A stretch of 64,000 nucleotides of DNA, taken from NCBI RefSeq assembly GCF_009914755.1, contig NC_060928.1. One strand, given 5' to 3'. Numbering within the stretch: the stretch's first letter is position 1; each line of letters begins with the position of its first letter. Positions 42,531-57,225 of the stretch are shown here, piece by piece. The position numbers and the translations under genes were made by a program. Source of the stretch: the human T2T-CHM13v2.0 reference genome, Homo sapiens. The notes beneath the pieces are model-generated. The model did no database searches, had not been told where the DNA came from, and saw nothing but the letters and a program-made list of their open reading frames with translations.

Positions 42531-43996
42531 TCCTTAGGTTTTTTTTTTAACATAAGAAATAACTCCTCCCTATCATCATATTCCCCAGATATAGCTGTAT
42601 TTTCAACTACCAAAAACCAAACAGAATGATTTTTGTTTCCTTAAGAGTTTAGAAATTCTTGTGAAACAAAATAATCAGGAAGAAAACAAAAGTTCAGCAA
42701 AGTAGCTAAAATCTGTACTTCAAAAAACACAGGTAGAAAACATTTTGGTTAAGTGTGCTGGGGTGCTGGTGAATGTGGAGGACGGGCTTTGAACAATGCA
42801 GTGGGTTAACTCAGTGGTGTTGCTACCCTTTGTCCTGGTTAGTTCAAATGGTTAAGACAATGCAGAGGGCTAGGATTTTTCCTGTTTCACCTCTCCTCTT
42901 TCCCAGAAACTATCTGGAGCAGGTTGATTCACTAGAGATTCCTAATCCTCCTTGGCAGAAAGAGAAATGTGAATTTGACAAATAATATGCATAAAATATT
43001 CCTTAACCTGGAAACATTAGGAGGAAATAATCAATTCAGAAGAACTGAAATAAAAAACTAAACATAGAAAAGTGCTGCTGCCAGGCAGCTGTCCTCCAAT
43101 GTTGGAAACATGATCACCACAGGACTAGATCTGTTTAAAACCACTATCTGTTTACAAACAAAGCACTTACTAAATAACGCTCCAGGTAATGGATGATGAC
43201 AGGAATAGGGCTTGCTCTTTTAAATAACAACAGATTGGAAAAATATTTCAATACCATCAGACAACAAATTAAAATGAAACATCTTTTCTAACTGGAAAAA
43301 TGCAGATCTAGCTGGGAAAATTGATTTCTACCCATCCTCCATCCTCCCAAAAGAAGATTAGAAAGAGAAAACTGAAAATCATACATCCTGGAGATGAACT
43401 TTGTTAATGAGCGCCATAAACATTCACAGGGAGCTAGGCTCCTATTTCATAGGTTTTTGAAAAAAATATTCTAATATGCACACGTGAGTCAAACAGACTG
43501 CAGTAAAATGCATCTGATGTTTAATTGTTTTAATACACTGCAAGAGGGAGTGAAGCCTTGTCACTCACCAGATGAAATCTGATCTCTCTCAAATCATCTC
43601 ACCCAATAGTGTTAAAGACATTACTGCTGTGACATAATTCAACCTCAAGACATCTTATGGGAAACATAGGTCAGTTTTAAAGCACCAGGTGGATAAACAG
43701 ACATTCATTATTCAGTCTCCTGACCTTGAATTTCGGGGGTTCTATAGTCATCTTTTGTTTGGAGGCTGCCACTTGAGATATCGTGTGCCATGCAAGGGCT
43801 TTCCAGATTTAAGTGGACTTTATCGAGTAAGATGACTCTTTTTTATGAGAACACATAAGATGCCAAAACATATGCTTCTGTCTTGTTCCTAATTCGAGGG
43901 GGCCAATAGGAAGAAAGGGAGTGGAAGGGGGAGGGGTCCATAGCACTCCCCTCTCCTGGTTGGTATTAGAGTGAACAAGAAGTGAATTAGGAAACA

Positions 43997-44296
43997 GGCC
44001 GGGTGCGGTTGCTCACCCCTGTAATCCCAGCACTTTGGGAGGCCAAGAGGGGTGGATCACTTGAGGTTAGGAGTTTGAGACCAGCCTAACCAACATGGTG
44101 AAACCCCGACTCTACTAAAAATACAAAAATTAGCCAGGCATGGTGGCGGGTGCCTGTAATCCCAGTTACTCTGGAGGCTGAGGCAAGAGAATCACTGGAA
44201 CCTGGGAGATGGAGGTTTCAGTGAGCCGAGATGGCGCCGCTGCACGCCAGCCTGGGTGACAGAGCGAAACTCTGTCTCAAAAAAAAAAAAAAAAAA
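43997..44296 (+). mobile_element. AluSx/Sz-like
   Basis: Full dimer; TSD aagtgaattagga(a/g)aca. Confidence 0.93.
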
Positions 44297-44509
44297 GTGA
44301 AAAAGTGAATTAGGAGACATTTGAAGACCCCTGGGCAGAGCAGAAAAAAACGTGGTTAGCATATTTTCTCATTCAACTGAAATACATCTGTTGACCTCTA
44401 AAGTTCAAACAATTGCAGGGCTAACTGCATCCAACCATAGCTGGAGATGAATTAAAATTGATATTCTATAGTCGTCTATCAAATAAAAATAATAAAAGCT
44501 AATAAAAAA

Positions 44510-44630
44510 TAATAATAGCAAAGACTTACATAGAGCTTACCCGCTGCCAGGCACTAATCCAAGTACTTTGGATATATTAACTCATTTAATCTTCCCGTCA
44601 ACCCCTTGAGGTAGGTGCCATATACAAATG
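44510..44630 (-). mobile_element. MIR
   Basis: tgccaggcact...attaactcatttaatcttc...aacccc.tgaggtagg. Confidence 0.75.
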
Positions 44631-45748
44631 AATATAAACTTGGTTATGTTTAAAGAACAAAAAGCTTCATAAGCTTTTTGGTAAAATAAGCTTTGGTGGT
44701 AAAATAGGATAGAGGTAGGTGATAGTTTTGAAAAGGAATCTGAGTCCACATATCCTATAACATAGGATGTTGCCGTATATATTGCTGGGGCAAATATTTA
44801 TATGAAGAAAACATACAAGGATAGCTTATCGGCATTTTTTTAAATAGCCTTGTTCATAAATTTCCACTGAAGAGAATACTAATCTTTGTAGAGAGAAAAG
44901 TAAGATCTAAAAGAGATTAGAGAAAACAAGAGGATACGTGATAAAAAGTGAAAAGACCTCATAGCGGCTAAAAATTTATCACCAACTGGAGGAAAATTGC
45001 ACTCAAAGAGCCTAAAATCTAAAACAAAACAAAACACTGGGCTGGTCCCTTCTTGGAAATGATAATCTTTATTACAGCTTTTCCTTCCTGGGATTATTCC
45101 TAATGCTAATTCCTAGTAGCTAAAATAATAATAAGGGAATGGAAGATGAGGCGAAAGGAGACGTTTCTGTATTCCATTATATTCCAGTAAAGGGAGGGCA
45201 GTGGGGAGGGAATGCCTCAGAGATCTAGAAAGAAAGAGGAAAGAGAAACAGCAAAAAAAGGTTTCTGTATCTGTTTCTTTTACCTTCTCACCCATTTGGA
45301 ACAAAAGGGAGGTGGTCGGGGTAAGATCAGGTTATATTCCAAAGCCACCAGCCATTGGATGGCCTGGAAATGGGAAAGCCAAGCTGATCCCATTCTTTCC
45401 TCCACAGCTAACAGAGAGGCAGGGAAAGCGACCAGCCTTACCAGGCTGCAATTCTTGACCCTGTGCCTTCTCCCACACCATCCTGAAGAAGCCACTGACT
45501 TCCATCCACCAGAACTGCTTCTCTGCTCTTGCACTGAAACCTCCTGCCATTTTAAGGACACGGCCCTGTAGGTCACCTTAATCTAGTAACTCACAGTCAT
45601 TTATTTGGCTCTACTATCAAAGAGAATTTTTCATCGGTAAGAAATGGCACTGTTGGGCAGCGTTGTCAATTTGTACTGCTGAGTAAAGAGATTTCAAACG
45701 TCTAGGATTAATATTTGTGATATTTACCCTAGGCTAGTCCCAGAGTTA

Positions 45749-46055
<307 letters not shown>

Positions 46056-47359
46056 GAATCTTTAAAAGTGTTTTTGCATGGTGTTTACAGGTTTCTGACC
46101 TTTTAGAATCCTATCACATGGTAAGGACCAAGCATTTTCTGACCAAACACTTTTTCAAATAAGGTAGGTTTATCAGGAACACGGTTTACAGCCTATCATT
46201 CCCTTTTGACATTGGTCCCTGAAGGAACTACGAAGTGGAACTGTGAGCTGGTAAGAGATGAAAAAGCAAATGACAGGTCTTACTCTTTTTTTTTCTCTCA
46301 CAAGTTAAAAGCCTGCCTTTATATTGATTTTCAGATGCTGAATATACATAGTTCATCTTCCAGATAATCTCAATGTGTCTTACTCCAATAAACAAATAAA
46401 ATTTATGAGAATGGAAAAAAAGAGATGAATTTTTATCTGTAAACAACCTTTATACACGCGCACACACAAACATTAACCTGATCTGCAACTGACTCCTTGC
46501 GATAAAAGACACTTCTGTCAGGCACTGACCTGGCAGCCTTTACAGGGATGTGGATCCATGTGTATTATTTCGCCACCACGAAAACTCTTTACCAATTAAT
46601 CTGACAGAAAAGGGACCGCAAAATTGTTCATAAATTATAATTTGCATATTTGGCTTAATCTTAAAACCTTTGCATATCTAAAAGGGTCATCTTTCCCAAA
46701 TTCCAATACCTTTTAAACTGTGATTTAATGTTACAGTTAATTTCCGTGACTTTGAGTTCTTAATATAATAGCATGATAGATACCCAACATATAGTATGTA
46801 TCTGCACTACTGTACACATGCTCAAATCTGACAACACCTAATGCTGAGACAAAACATCAGCCTGTGCCTATTGTTACAAGTCATGTGCATTTCGGTCCCT
46901 AGAATTTTGGTTTACTAAATGGGAATTGCCAGGAAGGCAGAGAGTGGTCAAATTTACGAACCAACAAGCCCCAGGCTCCCACAGGCCTCGTGCTGCACAG
47001 GAAGTGTCTCTGTTTTTTGTTTTTTAATTTTCTATAGGACAAGCTTTCCCGCTGCCCTCCCATTCACAGATGTTCCCAATCCTGACCCACTTTCCCTAGT
47101 CTGTACTACAGTCCAGTGGAGAATGCACTCTCTCAGCCTTTGTCTGTGGGCAATCTTATTCTTAGCAAGAGATCTTTTCCTATAATTTTTTTTGTCCTCC
47201 ATTAACCATGCTGACCAATGTTTAAGAATCATTACATTAGTTGGTTCTTCCATTCAACTGTAACATGCTATAATAATATTTTAAACATCACTTCACTAAA
47301 TTCTCCCTAAGTCAAGGAAACTATTCTGAGCAATCCAGGCACAAGATTTAATTGCATTG

Positions 47360-47480
47360 ATTTAATTCAACAAATACATAAAGAGTACCTGCTGTGCACC
47401 AGGAACTATTCTAGGAGTCAAAGATACAGAAGTGAATAAAGAGACAAAAATCCCTGTCCTTAAGGAGCTGACATCTGAGA
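47360..47480 (-). mobile_element. L2 3' end
   Basis: ttcaacaaatac...ctgtgcaccaggaactattctagg...aaaatccctgtccttaaggagctgacatct. Confidence 0.75.
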
Positions 47481-48514
47481 TGCTTGCCTAGATTCATAAG
47501 AATCTGGGAAGGTACTTAGATTCACAGGAATTTTATCAGTTCAAGCTAAACTCATTTGGGATAGAATGTATCTTCTCATAATATCATTAATTAGACATTC
47601 TAGGACTGGGCTTACCACTGGTTTAGCAAATGGCTGGATGGCATAGAAAATTAAGCAACTTTGGTTATCCAGAGAAATTGTTTTCAACTTAGACTGTGTG
47701 GAAATAGGCATTGCTTTTATTGGGTGCTTCCACATCCAAAAAATTTTGTTTTCCATTGCAAAGAGGTAATTTTACCCTTACATGTATGAGAGTACCATCA
47801 AATCTACAACATAAAGTGAAGGAACAAAGAAAAACGTCATTCTTGATTCTCTACTATGCTTCACTTAAAAAAATTAATGTGTACCACAAATATGAGGGCA
47901 CTGGTTAGTTCTAGACTTTATTGAAATGGGCTCATTTCACTTGATCCTAACCTGCATATCTGGCATTCAGCAGAAGGAACAAATTTAAATCAGATGTTTT
48001 GACTGGGGTGACTGGAAATTTGTACCACTGTTAAGCACACCTATACACACACACATATTTATGTTTGTGCCGTATGGTGTTTTTTAAATGTCAGCGTTCA
48101 TTGAAAGTGAATATGTAACTATATGTATATTTGTTGGTATAGTCATATTTGCTTTTTAATTCCTTCTTTTCATCGGGGTAGATCAGTTTAAACAATTTAA
48201 AAATTAGAACCAAGAAGTTTTATTTAAAGAAATACTATTTAAGTGCATTGCTAACTAGAAATAAGTCAATAAGTGTTGCCCAGTAATACGTTTTTAAGAT
48301 GTCTACTTGAACTTATTTTGTTGAGTATGTTCATATACTTACAACAGTTTCATAAGGTCTGCTCATGTTAGGAAAAATCCTTTAAGATCAGTGAAAACAA
48401 AAAAAATGCCAAAATATTTTGAAACGGGGTGCATTTGATAAAAATATCAAGCTATTTCTAACTTGAATTAAGGGAAATGAATGACATAATGATCCCATTA
48501 AACAATATACACGA

Positions 48515-48805
48515 GGCCAGCCGCAGTGGCTCAAGCCTGTAATCCCAGCACCTTGGGAGGCCGAGGCAGGCAGATCACTTGAGGTCAGGAGTTCAAGACC
48601 AGCCTGGCCAACATGGTGAAACCCCATCTCTATTCAAAAAGTAGCTGGGCATGGTGGCAAGTGCCTGTAATCCTGGTTAACTTGGGAGGCTGAGGCAGGA
48701 GAATTGCTTGAACCCAGGAGGCGGAGGTAGCAGTGATCCAAGATTGCACTGCTTGCACTCTAGCCTGGGCGACAGGGCTAGACTCTGTCTCGAAAAAAAA
48801 AAAAA
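48515..48805 (+). mobile_element. AluS
   Basis: Full dimer with shortened middle A-linker. Confidence 0.92.
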
Positions 48806-48922
48806 GTGTGTGTGTATATATATATATATACACATATGTCATATATATTTATATATATGACATATATATGTCATATATATTTATACATATCTGACAAATA
48901 TATATTTTGTTATATATATAAA

Positions 48923-48966
<44 letters not shown>
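48806..48966. repeat. (TA)n-rich microsatellite with internal inverted repeats
   Basis: tgtcatatatatttatatatatgaca motifs and a pure (AT)n run at 48929-48966. Confidence 0.92.
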
Positions 48967-48968
<2 letters not shown>

Positions 48969-49050
48969 CAAACAGACCCAAAAAACTTTACTTTGATGAC
49001 TTTACCAAACAGAGAAAAGACATTGATTGGTTTTACTCAAGGTTTTCTTG

Positions 49051-49355
<305 letters not shown>

Positions 49356-50029
49356 GTTTTCTTGTTTTTATGGGAGGTTGAGGAGTGGTTCAGGTGAACT
49401 AATGGCCTTAATGATTTTTACTATTGCTTCAGGTTTGGCTAAATACATCTAACCTCTCTGCCTGTTTGTGCACTGCAGTTTCTGTATATGCAGAGGACAG
49501 GTGTTTTTAGTATACTAAGCACTTTTCTAAAATGCAATTAATGATTCATTCTCATATTTAATCCACTTTAAACATTCCACCACTGAAAAAAGGTGAAAAG
49601 GGAGGAAAAACTTTTTTATGGAGAATTACAATGGAAATTTCTTCCTGCCTAAATTATTAAAAGTTCCAAATTAGTAAGTCTAAGTTCATTTTTATCATAC
49701 ATTACAGAAGTGATCTAAATCTCAAAAAAAAAAAAAGTCTACAGATGTTTTAGGCAATTACCTATTATGTAATGCCTCTTCAATCAGCCATATTTTATTG
49801 CAAGGAAGGGGTCTTAAAATAGAAAGTTTTGAAAAACAGGGAATTCTTATAAGTTTGGCAAGCCAAAAAATTTTATTTTGGAGCTATTCAATGAGAAAAA
49901 GAAGATAAAAGAATTAATGTTGTATAGAGTGAAAAACAAGTTTTGCTTGTGAAATTTAAGCTTTGGTTTGGTTTCTACGAGGTAGAAAATAACCTGTTAT
50001 ATTTTATGTGTCAGAGGACATAAATTATG

Positions 50030-51615
50030 AGTGTTATAGGCTGTAGGTGACAGACATACCTAGAAGGTCAACGAGACTCAAGATCTCTGTTGTCTCAGCA
50101 TGCTCCCTCTTCCCAGCCTCCTGTATGCAATCAGTCGTCCAGTTCATCAGTTCTTTCTTCCTCTTGCCTACAGTTCTCAGTTTCCTCCCATTCACTTTAC
50201 TCCTGTCCAAGGCCAGCACTTAGGACTTCACACTTGTATTTCTAAAGTGACCACCACATCAGCTTCCTGTCTTCATTGTCTCATGAACTTCACCACCAAA
50301 TAAAATGTTCCTAAGTTCCATCTTGGGCATTTGTTTAACAGCCTTTCTATAGACCGCTTTGCTTAATAATTTAAAATCTGTACCTTTTTACCCAGCCAGT
50401 CAAGTTTCCCCAGGATCTGGCCCTAACCACCTCTTGAGGTCTAGGTTCTATTCCTCTCCTTCATCCTGAGTCTAATTATGCAGATATCCAATGAGACAAC
50501 TGCCCTGGCACCATCCCATAGGGGGCACTGAAACACCACTAATCAATTAGAAATACAGCGCCGGTTAACTCAGGTTTCTACCCTCAAACTCCTTACTCAT
50601 TGGTAAAATGTAAACAAGAGCCATTCCCATAAAAGCACACAATATACCCTGAGCAAAGAGATCAAGTGCCGGTATCCACGGAAATGACCTCTATCCGTGG
50701 TGCATATGACTAATCATATCCAATTATGAGTGCTTTTTAAAAAATGAAAGACAAGTCCAAATAGGTTAAAATGTCATGTTGCATTCCCAGCATATAACAG
50801 ACATCTTATTTTGAAAATAAAGAAAGAACTATTTGGGTATACCTATTTTATTAATAGAAAACCATTCTTTCCTTTACTCTTCCACTAGAAAATGTCAAAT
50901 ATTTAAGGAGTCAAATGATTAGCTCGTCAGGGGCACGCACGCATCTCAGTCCGCCTTCACCCTTGCCATCTTGTCTCCCTACAGTCCATGAACACAGCCT
51001 GCATTCTTCCCCTTGCCTATGCATATGCCGTTTCTTCCTCTGGAATATCTTCCTTACTTTTCCCTCAGCCACCTGCAATCCTAACTGTTCTTTAAGATGC
51101 AAGTGATTTTCTACATTTTTCCATAACATCCTCCTCACTCTCACTAGCCATTAAGTAGTCTCTGTTACCGCAAATCCTATGTTATCTCTGACATGATACC
51201 ACACTGTCTTTTGTGCCCGTTTTTCTTTTTCAAGAAAAAATATACACCTACCTCATGCCAAACTTTTTTCTAAGAGTCTTAAATGCATTTTTCCATGTAT
51301 TCTTCAAAATAACCTTTGACACTATTATTTCCATTTTCTAGATGAATAAACTGAGCTTTATGGAAATTAGATTACTTGCTCAAAGTCATACAACCAAGAA
51401 AAAGCCTGATTCCAATCCAAGTGTGTCCATTTCTGGAGCATGAGCTCTGACCATAATGCCATAGGGCTTCAGTCTTACTTCCCCATCCCCAGTGTAAATT
51501 CCTTCATTACTTGAGGACAAGCACTGTGTTTTGGGTACCTAGGTGCCTCTCCACAGTCCCCAATAGAGAACCTTTCTGGACCATAACAGATACTCAGCAA
51601 AGGTATATAAATGAT
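50030..51615 (+). mobile_element. Degraded L2 with nested insertions (possible hAT-Tip100 remnant at about 50480-50960; MIR at about 51240-51460)
   Basis: Pyrimidine-rich L2 body, L2 terminus cttgaggacaagcactgtgt; MIR core ccattttctagatgaataaactgag. Confidence 0.5.
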
Positions 51616-53174
51616 GGTGCTGAGATTCTTTGGACCTTCTGATAGGAATGCGGTGTGGATCCCATTACACTTTCAGCTGTTCTGAAAGCACTTGAGAATG
51701 GGATGAGGCTTCTTTCAGTGGTATGGGCAAAGCCAATCGCTGCAGGAGCAACATTACAGATGCTCCACAATGTGGAACCATCTTTCTGTGATCTCCTAAA
51801 TTGGCCTTATATATTTCACAAGTTTTACATCTTTTCTAGTCAACTTCTTTCTAAATTCTTCTAAAGGGCTCATCATCTAACACTATTCTGACTTCCCAAC
51901 ACTGTAGTAAAGCAGTAAAGCAATGCCATATGCTCATTTGTTAAGCAGCTTGACATAAATATCCAACCAACCAGAGAGTAGAGAAATTAAAATGACAAAG
52001 CACGATAAATGATCAAAAAATATAGATGTCCAAAAGCCGAATGTAGACACAATTTAAAATTAGAAGACTCATCAAAGTGGGAGGGGCTGGAAAGATTAGT
52101 TACATGTTTATTATTGCAAAAACTAGGAACAGCCTAAATGTCCAAAAGAAAGGGACTGCTTAACTAAACAATGGTGTGTCCAAACAACGGAATACCACAC
52201 AGTCATCAGAAATTAGTCATTCGACAAATATTCATTGAGTGCCTCATGTACATGAGGTAAATGAAAAAGAAATGATACCTGCCTTCATGGTGCTTAGAGT
52301 CTAAATGATGATACAGAAGTATATATAATGACAAAAACAATTTTATATTGCTGGGTGACGTGGTAGGTTACAATAGAGTAAATCTGTGTGAATTAGTTTT
52401 TTTGTTGTTGCTGTTGCTCATAACTTGAAGATATATTTGTTCTGTGTTCACACCTTGCCTTGAAGATGTTTAAGTTCAGCATTAACGTCATAGGAAGTGG
52501 TAAACTTCAATCACTCCCTTCCTTAGGGACACTAGGATATTGAAAAGACTAAAATACTGAAAGACCTAATTATATGTGTATAGGAAGAATGGAAAAGCTG
52601 GCATTATTTCATAAAAGTAGACATCCAAGTGAGTTGGTCTGGCAATATTAAATTTTACAGAAGAAAGTAAAGTTGCACATTCAAATTAAAACTGAAAAGT
52701 ATTTCAAAATTCAAAAATTCAAAAAATTTAAAAAGTAATTAAAAATTTAAAGTGAAAATGAGGCAAGTACAAATCAAATAAAGATTAGTTTGAATTCCAA
52801 TTGAAACTAATTTTCAGATAGCTCTTTGAAATATATATTCCCTGTAAGCATACATTATTTTAAAGTATGAATTAAAAGTCTTCCACTGACCAATTACAAC
52901 ACAGAAGTATTGTCTACTGATGCACTTTTTAAAAGAAAAAAGTCAGAAAAAGAAAAGCAAAGTCAAGTACGCAAAGAAAAAAGAGAATGAAATTTAAAAT
53001 CATGAAACATCAATAAAAAGGATGTCTATCACTCTGGGTTACCCTGTTTTGCATAAGTCCTGAAGACATAACTAACTAGCAAGAACAGAAGCTCTATAAT
53101 TTCTTAAGGTAAAAAATAATAAACTATAAGATTTATAATATTCGAACTTCTTTACTCTTCAAATTCTTAATTTT

Positions 53175-55736
53175 TAGAAATGGAGAGAAACTTCCTCAAA
53201 TTGATGAAGAGCATCTAAAAAAAGTCTATCATTAAAATAGTTATTGTTGAAAGACTGAATGCTTTCTCCCTGACACCACGAACAAAGCAAGGATGTCTGT
53301 TCTCACTCCTGTTATTCAACAAAGTGTTGGAAGTGCTAGCCAGGGCAATAAGGCAGGAAAATAAAATTAAAAGTATACAGATGGGCCAGGTGTGGTGGCT
53401 TACGCCTGTAATCCCAGCACTTTGAGAGGCCGAGGTGAGTGGATCACTCGGGGTTAGGAGTTCGAGACCAGCCTAGCCAACATGGTGAAATCCTGTCTCT
53501 ACTAAAATACAAAAATTAGCCACATGTGGTGGCACACGCTTGTAATCCCAGGTACTCAGGAGGCTGAGGCATGAGAATCGCTTTAACCCAAGAGGCGGCA
53601 GTTGTAGTCAGCCCAGATTGTGCCACTGCACTCCAGCCTGGGCAACAGAGCAAGACTCCATCTCAAAAAAACACATAAAAATAAAGGTATACAGATGAAA
53701 AAGGATTGGTTCCTGTTTATGAATGACATGATTGTGTAAATGGAAAATCTCAAGAGATCTTTAAAAAAAAAGGACCTCCTAAAACTAGTGAGTCCAGCAA
53801 GATAACAGGATACAAGATTAGCATACAAAATATAATTTATATTTCTATGTCCTAGCAATAAATATGTGAGCACCAAAGTTGAGAATAGAGTACCATTTAC
53901 ACTTACTGAAAGATGAAATATTTAGGTATAACTCTAACAAAACAAATACAGGACTTATGTGCTGAAAACTAAAAAATTCTGATGAAAAAAACCAAAGAAG
54001 ATCTAAATAAATGGAGAGGCATACTGCATTAATGGATTGGAAGACAACATAGTAAGATGTGACTTTTCCTTAACTTGATACACAAGTTTAAAACAGTTCT
54101 TACCAAAATCCCAGCAATAGATTTGTAGATGAAGACAAATATTCTAAAATGTATGTGAAAATGCAAAGAGACTGATATAATGGAAACAATTTTGAAAAAA
54201 AGAATAAAGTAGAAGGCATCAGTGTACCTGATTTCAAGACTTACTACTGTATATAGTTATGGTAATCAAGACTGTGGGGTACTAGTGAAGAGACAAACAC
54301 TAGATCAATGAAACAGAATAGAGAACCCAGAGATAGATCCACCTAATACAAATATGTTCAATTTATTTTTGACAGTTGCAAAAGCAATTTCACGGAGGAA
54401 GGACAGACTTTTCAACAAATGGCCAGAGCAACTAAACATTCATTGGCAAAACAAACATAAAACAAAACCAAACCAAAAATACCCACCTTTACCTAAACCT
54501 CACACCTTATACAGAAAGTATCTCAAAACGGATCACAAACTTAAATGTAAAATGTAAAACTATAAAGATTTTAGGAAAAAAAGTAAGAGAAAATCTTTGG
54601 GAGCTAGAGCTAGGAAAGAATTCTTAAAGTCAACACCAAAAGCATAACGAGTCAAGGAAAATTTGGTAAGTTTCGTTCTGTGAAAAATCTTTTGTTCTGT
54701 GACAGATTCTCTTAAGAGAACGAAAGAACAATCACATGTTGGGAGAAAATATTTGCAAACCATATATCTAACAAGGATTTCTATCTAGACTATATAAAGA
54801 ATTCTCAAAACACAGCAGTAAGAAAACATTCCAATTAGAATATGGGCAAAAGACTTGAACAGACATTTCACTGAAGATGACATACAGATGGCACATAAGC
54901 ACACAAAAAGATGTTCAACATCATTAGCCACCAGGGAAATGCAAATTAAGGCCGCAATGAGACATCACTATACACTTAGCAGAATGGCTAAAATAAAAAA
55001 CAGTGACACCACCAAATACTGGCAAAGATTTAGAGAAATGGACCATTTGTACATTGCTGGTAGACAAGTAAAATAATACAGCCCCTGTTGAAAATAGGCA
55101 GTTTCTTTAAAAACTAAACATGCAACTACCATATGACCAAGCAGTTGTACTCCTGGATATTTATCCCAGAAAAATAAAAATTATATCCACAGAAAACCCT
55201 GTATATGATTGCTCATATCAGTTTTATTCATAAATAACCAAAACCTATAAAAAACAAATTATCTTTCAAGGGATGAATGCTTAAACAAAGTATTGCATAT
55301 CCATACTATGGCATACTACTCAGCAATAAAAAGGAATGAACTATTGATACACACAACAGAGAATCATGCTGAGCAGGGAAAAAAAAGAAAAAACCTATCC
55401 CAAAAGTTTACAGTATGTGATTCTGTTTATATAACATTCTTGAAATGACAAAATTATAAAAATGAGTATCTAGTGGTTAAGAAAGGGGGATAGAGGAAAA
55501 ATAGGTGTAGCTATAACAGGGCAATATGAGAGATTCTAGTGGTTAGGGAAATGTTCTGTATCTTGATTGTATCAATGTTAATACCCTGGTTGATAGACTG
55601 TATTATAGTTTTTTAAAATATTACCATTTGGGGGAATTGGGCTAAGAATACATGAGATGTGTCTGTAACATGCCTTACAACTGCATGTGAATCTAGTTAT
55701 CTCAAAATAAAAAGGTTAATTTTAAAAATAAAAAAA
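53175..55736 (+). mobile_element. L1MC1/2-like 3' half (ORF2 remnant and 3'UTR)
   Basis: Degenerate ORF2 (NRHFTEDDIQMAHKHTKRCSTSLATREMQIK at 54855-55076); terminus cttacaactgcatgtgaatcta...tatctcaaaataaaaag. Confidence 0.88.
53384..53685 (+). mobile_element. AluS inserted in L1MC
   Basis: Full dimer; TSD gtatacagatg. Confidence 0.92.
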
Positions 55737-56809
55737 GGAATGAATACGCTAGATTATTAGTGCTAGTTAGGGTGGGGTTAATTTTCTATTAAGTCTAATT
55801 GGGTTTCTACAGACAACTGCTGGTGTAGCTATCTCCAATTCAAATAACCTAAAATTTTAATTTGAGAACTACTCAGATTCTAATTTAAACCTCTGGGTGC
55901 TCCCCTTTTCTATGTGGCAGCTTCTGCTGGTATATCTAACCGCACAAAAGCCAAACAAATGTATAACACATAATAAAAAAACCAAAACCCTTTACACAAT
56001 GTCAAAGGGAAAATGAATGTGCAAATATTAGAAACAAATACACATGTATCTACTCATGGAAAGATCAAACAAAAGCATAAACTATAATATTTTTGTAGCA
56101 GTGAAAGAGCAAATGTTTTAAAGAAGAAAACAATCTTGTTTATCTTAATATATTAATAATGTCACTACATGGAAGGAATAGGAAAAAGCAAAGGACAGGT
56201 ATTTGGCCCTGAGTTACAAACTCCAAGCAAATAATAATCAAAATATTCTGTCAACTTTTCTGCATTTCTTTGTGGAAGGTAAAGTCTAATAGTTGCTTGC
56301 AGCCATGCTTACTTTTTTTCCATTCATTCATTAATTCATCCACAAGAATTTTTGGAAGTCTATTATCAGGTACTTTGCAGTTAGAGAGGCAAGAAGATAA
56401 AATAGAAATGGTTTCTGCTAATCATGTTTTTATGATTTTATGTTTTAAATAAATGGGCTTAGTTTAATGTTTTGTATATAATGTTTTGGGACATAGTGTT
56501 TTTAACTTATTATAACTTATGTAACTAATCCCTTAATGTTGGGGCACATATATGTTTTCTCAACTTTTCATGATTATAATTAACACAGAGCAGTCATAAC
56601 TGACAATAAACTAGAAATAAAAAAGACAAGAAAAATGAAAAAATACTTAAAAATCAAAAATGAAGTCTTACAAAACCTCTCAATTCAAATTGCTAATATG
56701 TGCAAAATTAGTAACTGAAGAATAATTTTTTTCTCTTTTCCAAATTGTTGTTTAAACCTCAACCTCTTGACAAATTTGGGTTCTAATTGTTTTTCTGTTC
56801 ACTAATCTT

Positions 56810-57225
56810 TTAGGTTAACTCTGCCCTCCGCCCACACTGAACTACTTTCAGTTCCCCTAACTGACCATATTCTTTTTCCAGGGATTTGGATATGTTTTTT
56901 CAGTTTAGAAAACTCTCCCTACCCAACACTGACAAAATCCTAATAAATCTTTGGGCTTCAAAGACACTTTTTATGTAAAACCTTTGCAGGTCCCTCAGAA
57001 GCCTGAGTGAAGTATACCTTAGTCACCCTGTAATAAATTACTTCACCATATTACAATGATCTGTTTACTTGTCTGTCTTCCCCACTAGACCCAAAGCTCT
57101 TTGACAATGTTTTGTTCACTATTTATCCCCAGCGCTGAGAAAACAGCCTGACCCATAGCAGATGCTACTCTATAAATACCTAATGAGTGAGGAATGAATG
57201 CATGAACAAATAGACTCTTAAGCCT
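56810..57225 (+). mobile_element. L2 3' end
   Basis: ctgtttacttgtctgtcttccccactagac...agctctttga...ttcactatttatccccagcgct...gaatgaatg. Confidence 0.75.
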
